Assembly (NCBI GenBank): GCA_902791675.1
Contig: CADAWW010000005.1
Location: 1-45,073 of the forward strand
Direction of reading: 5' to 3'
Length of the DNA stretch: 45,073 bases
Source of the DNA: an uncultured Bacteroidales bacterium
GTDB lineage: Bacteria; Bacteroidota; Bacteroidia; Bacteroidales; Bacteroidaceae
Shown here piece by piece: positions 1 through 9,507 of this stretch (its first letter is position 1; every line of letters starts with the position of its first letter). Both the position numbers and the translations under genes were made by a program. Below the pieces are notes generated by a model. It was given only the letters and a program-made list of their open reading frames with translations, was not told the origin of the DNA and did no database searches.

Positions 1-260
1 GGGCCGGTCCAGTTTCCGCTAACCTTGATGCCGAAATGGTTGTTGGCCTTTGTGGCTAGCGAGCTTCGTCCTGCTCCGCTTTCCAAGAGGCCCTGTGCCA
101 AGGTAATACTGGCAGGGATGTGGTATTTACGCATTTGCTCTATAGCAAGGCCTTTGTACTGATCTATGTACGACCAATAGGCTTGGTTTGTCCTTTGTGC
201 ATAAAGGCTCAAATGCAAGAAAAAGAGCAGTGAAAATATAGTAAATAGCCTTGACTTCAT
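1..260 (-). CDS. Glucosaminidase (FlgJ/muramidase-type) domain protein; N-terminal part only, the gene runs off the left edge
   Basis: My own reverse-strand translation from the ATG at 260 gives MKSRLFTIFSLLFFLHLSLYAQ (signal peptide), then ...IPASITLAQGLLESGAGRSSLATKANNHFGIKVSGNWTG. This is the conserved opening motif of the glucosaminidase domain. It is absent from the ORF track because the window edge truncates it. Confidence 0.65.
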   Translation of the reverse strand, partial: MKSRLFTIFSLLFFLHLSLYAQRTNQAYWSYIDQYKGLAIEQMRKYHIPASITLAQGLLESGAGRSSLATKANNHFGIKVSGNWTG

Positions 261-283
261 CTTCAGTTTTTCAATTTTGAGCA

Positions 284-291
284 CAAAAGTA
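284..291 (-). promoter_or_regulatory. Bacteroidota -7 box (TACTTTTG on the minus strand) for the glucosaminidase gene
   Basis: The reverse complement of caaaagta matches the TAnnTTTG consensus, 23 nt upstream of the ATG at 260. Confidence 0.5.
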
Positions 292-323
292 GCTAAAAAT
301 TACCGCTTTATGAAGAAAACTCA

Positions 324-331
324 TATATTTG
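324..331 (+). promoter_or_regulatory. Bacteroidota -7 box (TATATTTG) for cdd
   Basis: TAnnTTTG match 22 nt upstream of the ATG at 354. Confidence 0.5.
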
Positions 332-353
332 TGCTTAAAAAGTGAAGTAAACG

Positions 354-836
354 ATGAAAGAATATACTATTCAGAGCATAGTACGTGTTTATGCATGGGA
401 AGAATTGCCGGAAGAGGATCGTCTCTTGATTGAGGAAGCCAAGAAAGCTACTAACGGAAGTTATGCACCTTATTCTGGGTTTCGCGTAGGAGCAGCAGCC
501 CGTTTGGGGAACGGAACTATCGTTATTGGCAGCAACCAGGAGAATGTTGCTTATCCTTCCGGTTTGTGTGCTGAGCGTACAACAATTTTTGCTGCAAACG
601 CCCAGTACCCTGACCAACCAGTCATTTCCCTGGCAATAGCAGCCAGAAACAAAGAAGGGTTTCTTTCTCAGCCAACAACTCCGTGTGGGGCTTGTCGTCA
701 GGTAATCTCTGGCGTGGAGCAAAGATATCAGCATCCCATCCGCATTCTTTTGTACGGATTAGACGGTACTCATGTTATTGACAGCATAGAGGCTTTGTTA
801 CCTATTCAGTTTGCCGATTCTTATATGAACTGTTAG
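354..836 (+). CDS. cdd: Cytidine deaminase
   Basis: The 160-aa protein carries the zinc-binding motifs C-A-E (GLCAERTTIF) and PCGACRQV, typical of cytidine/deoxycytidylate deaminases. The antisense ORF 321..734 is a shadow ORF. Confidence 0.85.
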   Translation: MKEYTIQSIVRVYAWEELPEEDRLLIEEAKKATNGSYAPYSGFRVGAAARLGNGTIVIGSNQENVAYPSGLCAERTTIFAANAQYPDQPVISLAIAARNKEGFLSQPTTPCGACRQVISGVEQRYQHPIRILLYGLDGTHVIDSIEALLPIQFADSYMNC

Positions 837-868
837 TTACAGATTTTTTACCGGCTAGTTAAGCAGGC

Positions 869-1978
869 CTATCTGATGGACATCCTGATAATTTTGTGCT
901 CAGCATTAAGAAGGGCTGAAACCTTATATGATTTTGTGTTGGGCTGATTGGTATCTGAGCGTGAGATAAGTTCCTGCAAGGTGAAATCTATAGCGTATCC
1001 GGTTGTGCCGTCAGAAACAGTCTGCTTGCGTACTGAAAAATCATCTCCAATGGTATAGTGAAGCCCCATAACGTCGGCTGCCATCTTGTTTTTGGCAAAT
1101 GCTACAATCTGCTCTGGAGTGGCCTCTTCGGTCCCACAGAAATCCTCCATCTTTTCCGGAATGGCTTCCGAGATGAGTGAAACGTCTTGCTTACTCATGG
1201 CTACGGTAAAGAAGTTTTCGAGGGAACCTCTTAACATGGCTTTGTCTTGGGCGGTTATCTTTGTCATTCCCAATTCATTCTTTTTCTGTGAGGCTTCTTC
1301 TGCGTATCTTCCGTTGGGATGTGTATTCAGATAGTTTACAATGGCTTCTTCCGTATCAAGTTTCTTGGCTTCAGACCAGTCAATGGAGTCTATCAGGTCC
1401 TTACATTGCTGTATTCTTCTTGAATAAGGGTGGGTGTTCATAAACTTCTCGATTTCAGAACGGTTAATATTCTGAATCAACTTTTCCCATTCCTCTGTCT
1501 CGTCTAACAAGACATTCAGGCGCTCTTTAACCTCCTTATAATGTTTGCTTTTAGGATATTTGGCAAGGAAATCGTTATAATATTCCGGGTTCGAAGTATC
1601 CTCAAGCCTTGCAAATTCTGTTTCTTCTCTGTCTATGTCGTTTTTGTAATCAAGATAAAAAAGTCCACCTATAATTAAGGCTAAAAGCAGTGCAAATGCT
1701 ATTGTGAAAACGAGGGCTTTGTTGCTCTTTTTGGCAGGAGTTTCATTTTGCTCTATTGTCTCTGTCTTTTCCTTCTCTTCCTGTTGCCCGAGGACTTCTT
1801 CGGTAACAATGGAAAGGCCGGCTCCGCAATTGGGGCATTTGTCTTGTGTGTTAAGGCAATACTCGTTACAATCGGGACATTGTTTCAGGTTTCCTGCAAT
1901 ATTTATTCCGCAATGGGGACATGTGCCAGCCATCGTAGATACTCTTTCGCCGCAATTTGGGCATTTAATCATACTCAT
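869..1978 (-). CDS. Double zinc-ribbon membrane protein, function unknown
   Basis: The N-terminus has four CxxC pairs (CPNCG, CPHCG, CPDC, CPNCG). A single TM helix follows (ALVFTIAFALLLALIIGGLFYL), then a roughly 250-aa soluble domain. Confidence 0.6.
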   Translation of the reverse strand: MSMIKCPNCGERVSTMAGTCPHCGINIAGNLKQCPDCNEYCLNTQDKCPNCGAGLSIVTEEVLGQQEEKEKTETIEQNETPAKKSNKALVFTIAFALLLALIIGGLFYLDYKNDIDREETEFARLEDTSNPEYYNDFLAKYPKSKHYKEVKERLNVLLDETEEWEKLIQNINRSEIEKFMNTHPYSRRIQQCKDLIDSIDWSEAKKLDTEEAIVNYLNTHPNGRYAEEASQKKNELGMTKITAQDKAMLRGSLENFFTVAMSKQDVSLISEAIPEKMEDFCGTEEATPEQIVAFAKNKMAADVMGLHYTIGDDFSVRKQTVSDGTTGYAIDFTLQELISRSDTNQPNTKSYKVSALLNAEHKIIRMSIR

Positions 1979-2025
1979 ATATGTTATGTTAAAATGTTAA
2001 AGGGTTGAAGGGTTTCAGTTCCTTT

Positions 2026-3285
2026 TTATGTTATCGTTAATTTTACAATATGTTTGGTGTTCTTATCCACTCTATATCGGTTATCAGACCTGTGTCCGAC
2101 AACCCAGATAATGTCTTCTCCACATAATGCAAGCAGTTGATTCTCTTTCTCAAATCTGGTTGCCTTAATATCTGTAAGATAGTCACTTACCAGTTTTCTT
2201 CCTTTCATGCCAAAAGGGATAAACCAATCACCTTCCTTTGCAGTCCGATAGGTGATGGGGGCTTTTAGCTTATCTTTGTCGAAATAGGCTGTTGAGGGAC
2301 TTTTCTCCGTAATGGATTCAACCTCTTCCTGTACGACATGCAGATTGTCAGCATCTTTGTTTTTCTCTTGAAGAATCAGTTTGTTTCTGTCCTTCAGAAG
2401 GCGATGCGTTTGGCTTTCCCAGAACTTACCCGAAACGCTGTCCAATGCTCCTGCTATCTCTGCGTTTTGTGAGTTGGTGAAGCCTTTGTCTTTGAGCCAC
2501 TCGTAGATTAAAACGGCAGCATTCCTGCTTTTTCGCAATGAATTTATGTCAAGTTCCGACTCATTCAATTTTATCTGTTCTAACTCCTCTTGCGTTCCTT
2601 TCTCGTAAAAGGGAATGCTTGACATCACAATAGAACAGGTATCGGAGAGTGTATTGATGATGTTGGGATTTATTGCTGCCAGTTGAGGTAAGATATCCAG
2701 TCTGATTTTGTTCCTTGTGGCATCTCTCTCGAGGTTTGTGCTGTCTGTTACATATTCTTGTTTAATCTGACTCAAATAGTCAAGAATCTCCTGACGTGTA
2801 ATGCAGAGCAACGGACGTGCAATCTTGTTGCGTAAAGGATACATTCCGGCCAAGCCGCGTATTCCTGTTCCTCTGATCAGGTTTAGCAACAATGTTTCTG
2901 CCTGGTCGTTTTTATGATGAGCGACGGCAATGCACTGAGCATTGTTTGCTGAAAGTGTATCATAGAACCAGTTATACCTTAGTTCTCTGGCTGCCATTTC
3001 TATACTGATGCTTTCACTCTTTGCGTATTCGTTGGTTTTAAAGTGCTTAGTTAGCAATGGAATGCCTTTTTCCCGGCAGAGTTTAATGACAAACTTCTCG
3101 TCCCTGTCTGATTCTTCTTGCCTAAGGTGAAAGTTGCAGTGAAGAGCTTGGAGCTGATAACCTAGTTCCTTTAGTATTAACAGAAGAGCGACAGAATCTG
3201 CCCCTCCGCTTACTCCAACCAGTACCAATCCCTTCTGACTGAATAGCTGGTTGGTCTGTATATATTTTCGAACTTTCTCTTTCAC
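2026..3285 (-). CDS. tilS: tRNA(Ile)-lysidine synthase
   Basis: PP-loop motif VGVSGGADSVALL, a 419-aa length, and the TilS-type central and C-terminal regions. Confidence 0.9.
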   Translation of the reverse strand: MKEKVRKYIQTNQLFSQKGLVLVGVSGGADSVALLLILKELGYQLQALHCNFHLRQEESDRDEKFVIKLCREKGIPLLTKHFKTNEYAKSESISIEMAARELRYNWFYDTLSANNAQCIAVAHHKNDQAETLLLNLIRGTGIRGLAGMYPLRNKIARPLLCITRQEILDYLSQIKQEYVTDSTNLERDATRNKIRLDILPQLAAINPNIINTLSDTCSIVMSSIPFYEKGTQEELEQIKLNESELDINSLRKSRNAAVLIYEWLKDKGFTNSQNAEIAGALDSVSGKFWESQTHRLLKDRNKLILQEKNKDADNLHVVQEEVESITEKSPSTAYFDKDKLKAPITYRTAKEGDWFIPFGMKGRKLVSDYLTDIKATRFEKENQLLALCGEDIIWVVGHRSDNRYRVDKNTKHIVKLTIT

Positions 3286-4961
3286 TTTACCTTGTCAATA
3301 ATGCCAGAGGCCAAGGTGTCACCTAAGTCAATGGCTTTTTGCAAGTATTTCTTAGCCTCGGCTTTGTTTCCTTTCTGGTTGTAGCAGACACCGATAATAC
3401 GGTAAGGATCGGGAAAATTTTCATTTATGGCGACTGCCTTTTTGGCATATTCAATAGCATCATCCAGTTGACCGATTCTATAATTAAGCGCTGCAGCCTC
3501 TGCAAAATATAAAGGCTCTTTAGGGGCTAGTGCCATAGCTTTTTCTATATCACTGAGTGCTTGCGGATACATACGGCTCTTTATCTCTAACTGCTCTCTG
3601 TTGTAGTAGAAGTTGGCATTCAGATTGCCGCCTGCCAAACGCTCGTAATCGTTCAACCCTAAAACTGCCTCTTTGTTTTTGCCGGCCTTAGCCAAATAGT
3701 CGGCTCGTATTAGGATGGTATTGGCTGCAGTGATAGGGTAGGGCTTGCTGAAACAAGCAAGTGCGCTGTCGAGCAGCTCCAATACGCCCTCTTCTTTGTT
3801 TTGGACTATTAGGCATTGGGCTGCATTAAGGAACGTATCAGCAGAACGGAGGTTGGTCTTTGTCAGGGAAATGAATTTATCTTGTGCCTCATCGTAACGC
3901 TTTAGCGCAAAAAGACAGTTGGCTTCCTGTTGTGTGTAAATGGGTAATGGGTTACTATCATAGGCGTTCTTCGTTAATTCTAAAGCCTTATCCATGTCCC
4001 AGTCATTGTATTTACTATATGTCTTATTAAGGTTTAATGCGTATATAGCCTTAGCCTTGGAAAATAAGACTTCATCTTTGTTGATACCATCGGTATTCAA
4101 AGCCTCTTCGTATAGCTTTTCAGCTTCAGCATACTTGTTCAGTTCAATGTGTCTTTCTGCTTTCAGGATGCGACCTGAAGTGTTTTGGGGAAACTTCTGT
4201 ATGAACTCATCAATGCTTGACATATACGTACTGCTGTCTTTCTTGTCCAGCAGATACAGATAAGTCAGGGCGTCATCTTCAGTTTCGGGGAGGGATTTTT
4301 TTATGTAGATGTTTTTTAAGTCGTTATTTCCTGCATCCATTGGCCTTATCTTCAATTGGGCGATGAAATTTCCGTCAATTACATATGCATTGTTTCCTTC
4401 TTTAGCTGCTAACTGTAACAGTCCGATCATTTCTCCGTTTTCGTTTAATACGGCACTGTTTTTCAACCGTTCGTTTGTCGGACTGCTTAGGGTATAATAG
4501 TTATAGGTTTCCTTGAATGTTTCTGCTTTGGAGATTGTTTCCTCTGTGCAGGGAGTGCTCTTTCCTGCCTTTACGTTTGGGAGAATAAAGACGGAGCTTT
4601 TTTCTGCTGCCGCATTCGGTGACAGACTTAAAAAAACAATCTTTCCCTTGTTTGGCTCTATCTGTAATTTGGCCACATTGTACATGGCGTTAGCACCGGA
4701 GATTTCCTTTACATGATATTCTTTTCCCGTGGCATCTACTACCACAGCCCGAGTGGCATGTATCAGTGCATCATATTCTGTGAGGACTGTGCCTTGTTCG
4801 TCAGAGAAGACACCCTGTGTCTCCTTCATCTCTCCTTTCGCATTATACACCATTACTGCAACCTGTGCACCTCTGACTTTTTTTATCCACTTTGGAGATT
4901 GTGCATATGATGGTGCTATATATAATAATGTAAAAAGACATATAATCAGATAATTTCTCAT
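3282..4961 (-). CDS. Secreted TPR-repeat protein with an N-terminal trypsin/HtrA-like (probably inactive) domain
   Basis: Signal peptide MRNYLIICLFTLLYIAPSYAQ. The N-terminal ~200 aa follow the HtrA pattern (..NSAVLNENGEMIGLL resembles GNSGGPLVNxxGEvIGI). The C-terminal ~330 aa are TPR-like repeats (AEAEKLYEEAL, AIEYAKKAVAINENF, AKKYLQKAIDLGD). It overlaps both neighbours by 4 nt. Confidence 0.7.
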   Translation of the reverse strand: MRNYLIICLFTLLYIAPSYAQSPKWIKKVRGAQVAVMVYNAKGEMKETQGVFSDEQGTVLTEYDALIHATRAVVVDATGKEYHVKEISGANAMYNVAKLQIEPNKGKIVFLSLSPNAAAEKSSVFILPNVKAGKSTPCTEETISKAETFKETYNYYTLSSPTNERLKNSAVLNENGEMIGLLQLAAKEGNNAYVIDGNFIAQLKIRPMDAGNNDLKNIYIKKSLPETEDDALTYLYLLDKKDSSTYMSSIDEFIQKFPQNTSGRILKAERHIELNKYAEAEKLYEEALNTDGINKDEVLFSKAKAIYALNLNKTYSKYNDWDMDKALELTKNAYDSNPLPIYTQQEANCLFALKRYDEAQDKFISLTKTNLRSADTFLNAAQCLIVQNKEEGVLELLDSALACFSKPYPITAANTILIRADYLAKAGKNKEAVLGLNDYERLAGGNLNANFYYNREQLEIKSRMYPQALSDIEKAMALAPKEPLYFAEAAALNYRIGQLDDAIEYAKKAVAINENFPDPYRIIGVCYNQKGNKAEAKKYLQKAIDLGDTLASGIIDKVK

Positions 4962-6628
4962 TGTTTCAATAATTGTTTAGCGTTTAGAATAGCTGCTTCA
5001 GAGATCTCATTTCCACTTAGCATATGAGCTATCTCTGTAATCCTTTCCTCTTGTGTCAGTTTGCGTATATGACTAAAAGTCTGTTCCTCTGTATCTTCTT
5101 TGTACACCCAATAATGCGTTGTGCCGCACGATGCTATCTGGGGGAGGTGAGTGATAGCTATCACCTGATGATTATTGTTCGCTGTCATCTCCTTCATCAG
5201 ATTAGCCATAGATGAGGCCACCTTTCCACTGACACCTGTATCTATCTCATCAAATATAATGGTGGGAAGATTCTCTCTCTTGCTGGTTATTGCTTTTAGT
5301 GCGAGCATCAGGCGGGCGATCTCACCTCCACTGGCAACTTCCGATATAGCTCTTATGTCCACATTCTTATTGGCCGAGAAGAAAAAGGTTACCTGGTCAG
5401 CACCTTTTTCTGTCAACTGACGGTTCTTTTCTATTTTTATCTCGAACCTGTTATTAGGGATATCCAACTGTGTAAGCATTCGACTGACGGAGGCTTCTAC
5501 TTCCTTGGCTGCAGTTGCTCTGTTCTTGCTTAGTTGCTCCGCCAGAACTGTTGCCTTGGCGAGTTTCTCCTGTACAGCTTTCTCCAGTTCTTCTATTCTT
5601 TCCTCACCATAGGAGATAACATCCAGTTTCTTTCTGACATCCAGCATGAAGACCTCTAACTCGGCAGCCGACTTTACGTCATGTTTTTTTTCTAAGGTAT
5701 AAAGTCGGTCAAGCCGATTGTTTATCTCTTCCAGTCTTTCCGGATTGTATTCCACTCTTTCTGCCAAGTTGCTAAGTTCGGAACTTATATCTTTTAGCTC
5801 GATGAGAGCACTGTCAATACGTTCGGCGTACTCCTCTATGGATGGATAGACACGGGTGAGCGATTGTATGCCAAGGCTAATATGCTTCAATAACTCAATT
5901 ACACCACCTTGTTCTGTATCGTTGCTGAATAGGGAATCTGCTTTATAAAGAACGCTTTTTATCTCTTCGGCATGACTCAATTCATTCAGCTCTTCTTCAA
6001 GTTCCTCGTCTTCTCCGGCTTTGGGGTTCAGTTCTTCTAACTGTTCCAGCTGGAAACGCAGATAATCTTCCTCGGCTTTTGATTGGGTCAGTATCTCCTT
6101 TGCGTTTTTCAGGTCTTGTTCAGCTTGTTTGTATGCTGCATAGCATGCTTGATATTCCTGAAGCAGCATATCGTTCTGCACCATTACGTCAAGAATGTGC
6201 AACTGAAAATCTTCTTTGGCTATGAGCAGATTCTGATGCTGAGAGTGTATATCTATAAGTTGATACCCCAATTCTTTCAAGAAAGTCAGATTGGCAGGAG
6301 TATCATTTACAAAAGCTCTGCTTTTACCGCTGGTGGTAAATTCACGGCGTATGATACACTCGTGCTCATCGTAGTCTGTGTCGTTTTCCTCAAACAAGGT
6401 TTTCAGATTGTACCCTTCTGTGGCGAAGGTTGCTTCTATGGTACATTTGTCGGCACCTGGCAGGATACTTTTTATGTCTGCTCTTTGGCCTAACAGGTAG
6501 CTGATGGCACCCAATATGATGGATTTTCCTGCACCCGTTTCACCTGTGATGACGGAGAAACCCGACAGAAAATCAATATCCAGCTCTTTGATAAGAGCAA
6601 AGTTCCTGATATAAAGATGCTTAAGCAT
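4958..6628 (-). CDS. recN: DNA repair protein RecN
   Basis: N-terminal Walker A (GETGAGKSIILGA), a long coiled-coil middle, and a C-terminal SMC signature/Walker B (ASGGEIARLMLALK, IIFDEIDTGVSG). Length is 556 aa. Confidence 0.92.
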   Translation of the reverse strand: MLKHLYIRNFALIKELDIDFLSGFSVITGETGAGKSIILGAISYLLGQRADIKSILPGADKCTIEATFATEGYNLKTLFEENDTDYDEHECIIRREFTTSGKSRAFVNDTPANLTFLKELGYQLIDIHSQHQNLLIAKEDFQLHILDVMVQNDMLLQEYQACYAAYKQAEQDLKNAKEILTQSKAEEDYLRFQLEQLEELNPKAGEDEELEEELNELSHAEEIKSVLYKADSLFSNDTEQGGVIELLKHISLGIQSLTRVYPSIEEYAERIDSALIELKDISSELSNLAERVEYNPERLEEINNRLDRLYTLEKKHDVKSAAELEVFMLDVRKKLDVISYGEERIEELEKAVQEKLAKATVLAEQLSKNRATAAKEVEASVSRMLTQLDIPNNRFEIKIEKNRQLTEKGADQVTFFFSANKNVDIRAISEVASGGEIARLMLALKAITSKRENLPTIIFDEIDTGVSGKVASSMANLMKEMTANNNHQVIAITHLPQIASCGTTHYWVYKEDTEEQTFSHIRKLTQEERITEIAHMLSGNEISEAAILNAKQLLKQ

Positions 6629-6634
6629 AAAGTC

Positions 6635-7543
6635 TTATTTCTTTATTTTCTGCCATTCCTGGTCTTGTGAAGCATCAATGGTAAAGAGAATGTCGTATGC
6701 TTTGTTTTTCTCTTCGGTTGTTCCTTTTCCTGAGTAAATATTTACCAGTTCATTTCTTTTGTACTCAGAGAAAAGTTGAGCAACTTTGTTCATATTCTTG
6801 GCTTTATGTGCCTGAAGCAAAAGGTCCAGTCCCTCTGTAATGGCAGCCCTTGCCGTATCAGGATTCTCGGACATTTGGTCCAATCCTTTTCTATGATAAA
6901 TGTACTCAAAGTCACGCATACATTCCATGGAGCCGTCAAGGTAGTCGTTAAGCAGTCCAAAACGATTACCGGCATCGCTAAAAGCTTTCCAACCGGGGAA
7001 ATCGAGGTTCTGTCCTGCGGATACAATATTTTCTGCTGTCTGGAAACATGCTGTACCACCCTTGGGCGACATGGTATCCAAGTCCATACCTATAATCATA
7101 TAGGCGTAATAGGCCAGCAGAGCTACCAAATTGTTGTCTATCTGGTTCTCTTGGTATTCTATTTGGTCGAATTCTGAAAATCGGAATACAAACTCCCTGT
7201 CATTAACTGAGTAGCAGACAGTATTGTAGTTGCTACCGAAGACGGGTCGGTTACTTGACATGAGGAGTGTACACTTAAATGTGTTTTCTGTTGCGTCGTA
7301 TTCGTTGACGGTAATATTGAAGTTGCATTGAATCCTTTCATTTTCCCGGAATGCAATTTCGGTCCATTTGTGGTTGTTCAGAAACTCCTCTATGGTAGTC
7401 TGGAGTTTAGGAAAAATGTCCGTCTTGGTTGTCTCTATCTGGGTGTAATTGATATTCACTCTTGCATTCAGTTCTTGAGCGTTAAGGTGTATGCAAGTAT
7501 GAGCGAAGACGGTTAAAATAAGAAAAATAGATAAATTCCTCAT
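6635..7543 (-). CDS. DUF4835 family protein (labelled T9SS PorD in some annotations as I recall; not verified)
   Basis: A 302-aa secreted protein (signal MRNLSIFLILTVFAHTCIHLNAQ). It sits in the coaBC/DUF4835/recN arrangement that I recognise from Bacteroidales. Confidence 0.55.
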   Translation of the reverse strand: MRNLSIFLILTVFAHTCIHLNAQELNARVNINYTQIETTKTDIFPKLQTTIEEFLNNHKWTEIAFRENERIQCNFNITVNEYDATENTFKCTLLMSSNRPVFGSNYNTVCYSVNDREFVFRFSEFDQIEYQENQIDNNLVALLAYYAYMIIGMDLDTMSPKGGTACFQTAENIVSAGQNLDFPGWKAFSDAGNRFGLLNDYLDGSMECMRDFEYIYHRKGLDQMSENPDTARAAITEGLDLLLQAHKAKNMNKVAQLFSEYKRNELVNIYSGKGTTEEKNKAYDILFTIDASQDQEWQKIKK

Positions 7544-8736
7544 TTTATGATTGATACCAGTTTGTTTACAATATCCTTGGCAACCTCTTTTTTGGATTTC
7601 AACGGGAAACTAGTCTCGCTGTCCTTGTCTATGAGTGTTACTTTATTGGTGTTATGCTGGAATCCGGCACCTTCGTCCTGCAAACTATTCAAGACGATGA
7701 AGTCCAGATTCTTTTTTTGAAGTTTTTCCTTGGCGTGATTCTCCTCGTCGTTGGTCTCCAAGGCAAAACCCACCATCACCTGTCCCTGTTTCTTCATTTG
7801 TCCTAGCGCTTTAGCGATATCTTTTGTCGGTTCCAGTTCCAGTATCAGCTTGTTGCCTTCCCGTTTAATCTTATTTTCAGCAACAATGGCAGGAGTAAAA
7901 TCAGCTACGGCAGCACAGAGGATGGCTGCATCTGTGTCGGGGAAGATTTTTTTCGCTACTTGGTACATCTGCTCTGCACTCTCCACGTCAGTCCTTGTTA
8001 TATTAGGATGATTTGCCTTGATGCCAACTGGTCCGCAAATCAACTCCACTAAGGCGCCGCGTTCAGCACATTCCTCAGCTAAGGCAATACCCATCTTTCC
8101 GCTGCTGTAGTTGCCGATAAATCGCACAGGGTCTAATTTCTCATATGTCGGTCCGGCCGTAATCAGTACTTTCTTACCTTGCAGGTCGGCTCTCTCGGCA
8201 AAGAAACTCTCCAAAACCTTTATAATGTTTTCCGGTTCCTCCATGCGGCCTTTTCCTTCCAACTTGCTGGCAAGGAAACCTATGCCAGGTTCTATAATGT
8301 AGTTTCCGTACGAACGGAGGGTTTCAAGGTTTTTCTGCGTGCTGGGATGAGCATACATATCTAAGTCCATGGCGGGAGCTACAAAGACAGGCGCCTTCAT
8401 GCTAAGGTATGTTGTAATAAGCATATTGTCGGCTACGCCATTTGCCATCTTTCCTATAGTGCTGGCACTGGCTGGAGCAATAATCATAGCATCAGCCCAT
8501 ATACCCAGTTGCACATGGGAGTGCCAAGAGCCGTCCCTTCGGTCGAAAAACTCACTCACTACCGGTTTGCCAGTAAGGGTGCTCAGTGTGAGCGGAGTAA
8601 TGAATTCCTTGCCCGCAGGGGTAATGATGACCTGCACCTCAGCACCTTGTTTGATGAGGCCTCTGATTAAATAGCACGCCTTGTAAGCGGCAATACTACC
8701 TGTTATGCCGAGAACGATTTTCTTACCCTGCAGCAT
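7540..8736 (-). CDS. coaBC: Bifunctional phosphopantothenoylcysteine decarboxylase / phosphopantothenate-cysteine ligase
   Basis: N-terminal flavoprotein domain (KKIVLGITGSIAAYKA), C-terminal DFP/CoaB domain (ITAGPTYEKLDPVRFIGNYSSGKMG). Length is 398 aa. Confidence 0.92.
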   Translation of the reverse strand: MLQGKKIVLGITGSIAAYKACYLIRGLIKQGAEVQVIITPAGKEFITPLTLSTLTGKPVVSEFFDRRDGSWHSHVQLGIWADAMIIAPASASTIGKMANGVADNMLITTYLSMKAPVFVAPAMDLDMYAHPSTQKNLETLRSYGNYIIEPGIGFLASKLEGKGRMEEPENIIKVLESFFAERADLQGKKVLITAGPTYEKLDPVRFIGNYSSGKMGIALAEECAERGALVELICGPVGIKANHPNITRTDVESAEQMYQVAKKIFPDTDAAILCAAVADFTPAIVAENKIKREGNKLILELEPTKDIAKALGQMKKQGQVMVGFALETNDEENHAKEKLQKKNLDFIVLNSLQDEGAGFQHNTNKVTLIDKDSETSFPLKSKKEVAKDIVNKLVSIIK

Positions 8737-9493
8737 ATTTAAATCTGAGTTTTGTTAGTACCTGTTTGGTGTTCATGGTGAAGTCGCTCTGCATGATCCA
8801 ACCGTAGTATCCGGGGTCTTTCTGTAGAACTTCCTTTACAGGCTTGCCTTTGTACTTGCCAAAGTTCACCACCTCCACACCATTATCATCATATACAAAA
8901 CGACCGGCAAAGTCTATGTTATTGCCCATCTTAGAGTAATCAGACAGGAACTGGATGTCGTTCTGCAAGTCATCGGGATATTTGTCCAACTGAGCTTGAA
9001 GTACCTCGTAGGTGGCTTGTGTGTCGGCCAGTGCACTATGGGCATTCTCCAAGTCTTTATTGCAATAATACTTGTAAGCTGCAATCAGCGTGCGGCGTTC
9101 CAACTTGTGATAGATGTTCTGCACGTCTACCAGTTTGCGCTTGCTCAGATCTACCTCCACGCCGGCACGCATGAACTCTTCTACCAAAAGAGGCACATCG
9201 AACTTGTTGCTATTATAACCAGCCAAATCACAACCCTCAAAAGTTTGCCACAATGTTTTGGCTATTTGTTTAAAAGTGGGGCAGTCCTTAACATCCTCAT
9301 CGTAGATTCCGTGAACTTTGCTGGCTTCCTCGGGGATGTGTACCTCGGGGTTGATGCGCATGCTCTTTGCCTCCTCGTTCCCGTTGGGCTCAACGCGGAT
9401 ATAGCATAGCTCCACAATGCGGTCTTTAGCAATATCCAGCCCTGTCGTTTCCAGGTCAAAGAAAATGATGGGGTTCTTCAGATTTAGCTTCAT
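8723..9493 (-). CDS. DEDDh 3'-5' exonuclease (DnaQ/epsilon-like) with an ExoX-like C-terminal domain
   Basis: Exo I motif IIFFDLETTGL, Exo III motif HSALADT, and a C-terminal FGKYKGKPVKEV...DPGYYGWIM motif. It lies 14 nt downstream of dnaN and overlaps coaBC by 14 nt. Confidence 0.8.
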   Translation of the reverse strand: MKLNLKNPIIFFDLETTGLDIAKDRIVELCYIRVEPNGNEEAKSMRINPEVHIPEEASKVHGIYDEDVKDCPTFKQIAKTLWQTFEGCDLAGYNSNKFDVPLLVEEFMRAGVEVDLSKRKLVDVQNIYHKLERRTLIAAYKYYCNKDLENAHSALADTQATYEVLQAQLDKYPDDLQNDIQFLSDYSKMGNNIDFAGRFVYDDNGVEVVNFGKYKGKPVKEVLQKDPGYYGWIMQSDFTMNTKQVLTKLRFKYAAG

Positions 9494-9507
9494 GCTTTCC
9501 GAAACGT

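Noticed and set aside
321-734. A 137-aa minus-strand ORF overlapping cdd. Similar shadow ORFs lie at 10760-11248, 20399-20890, 23337-23714, 28311-28889, 28871-29206 and 35559-35909.
   Set aside because: All are embedded antisense, or out of frame, within genes that carry clear family motifs. None has its own promoter box or a recognisable domain.
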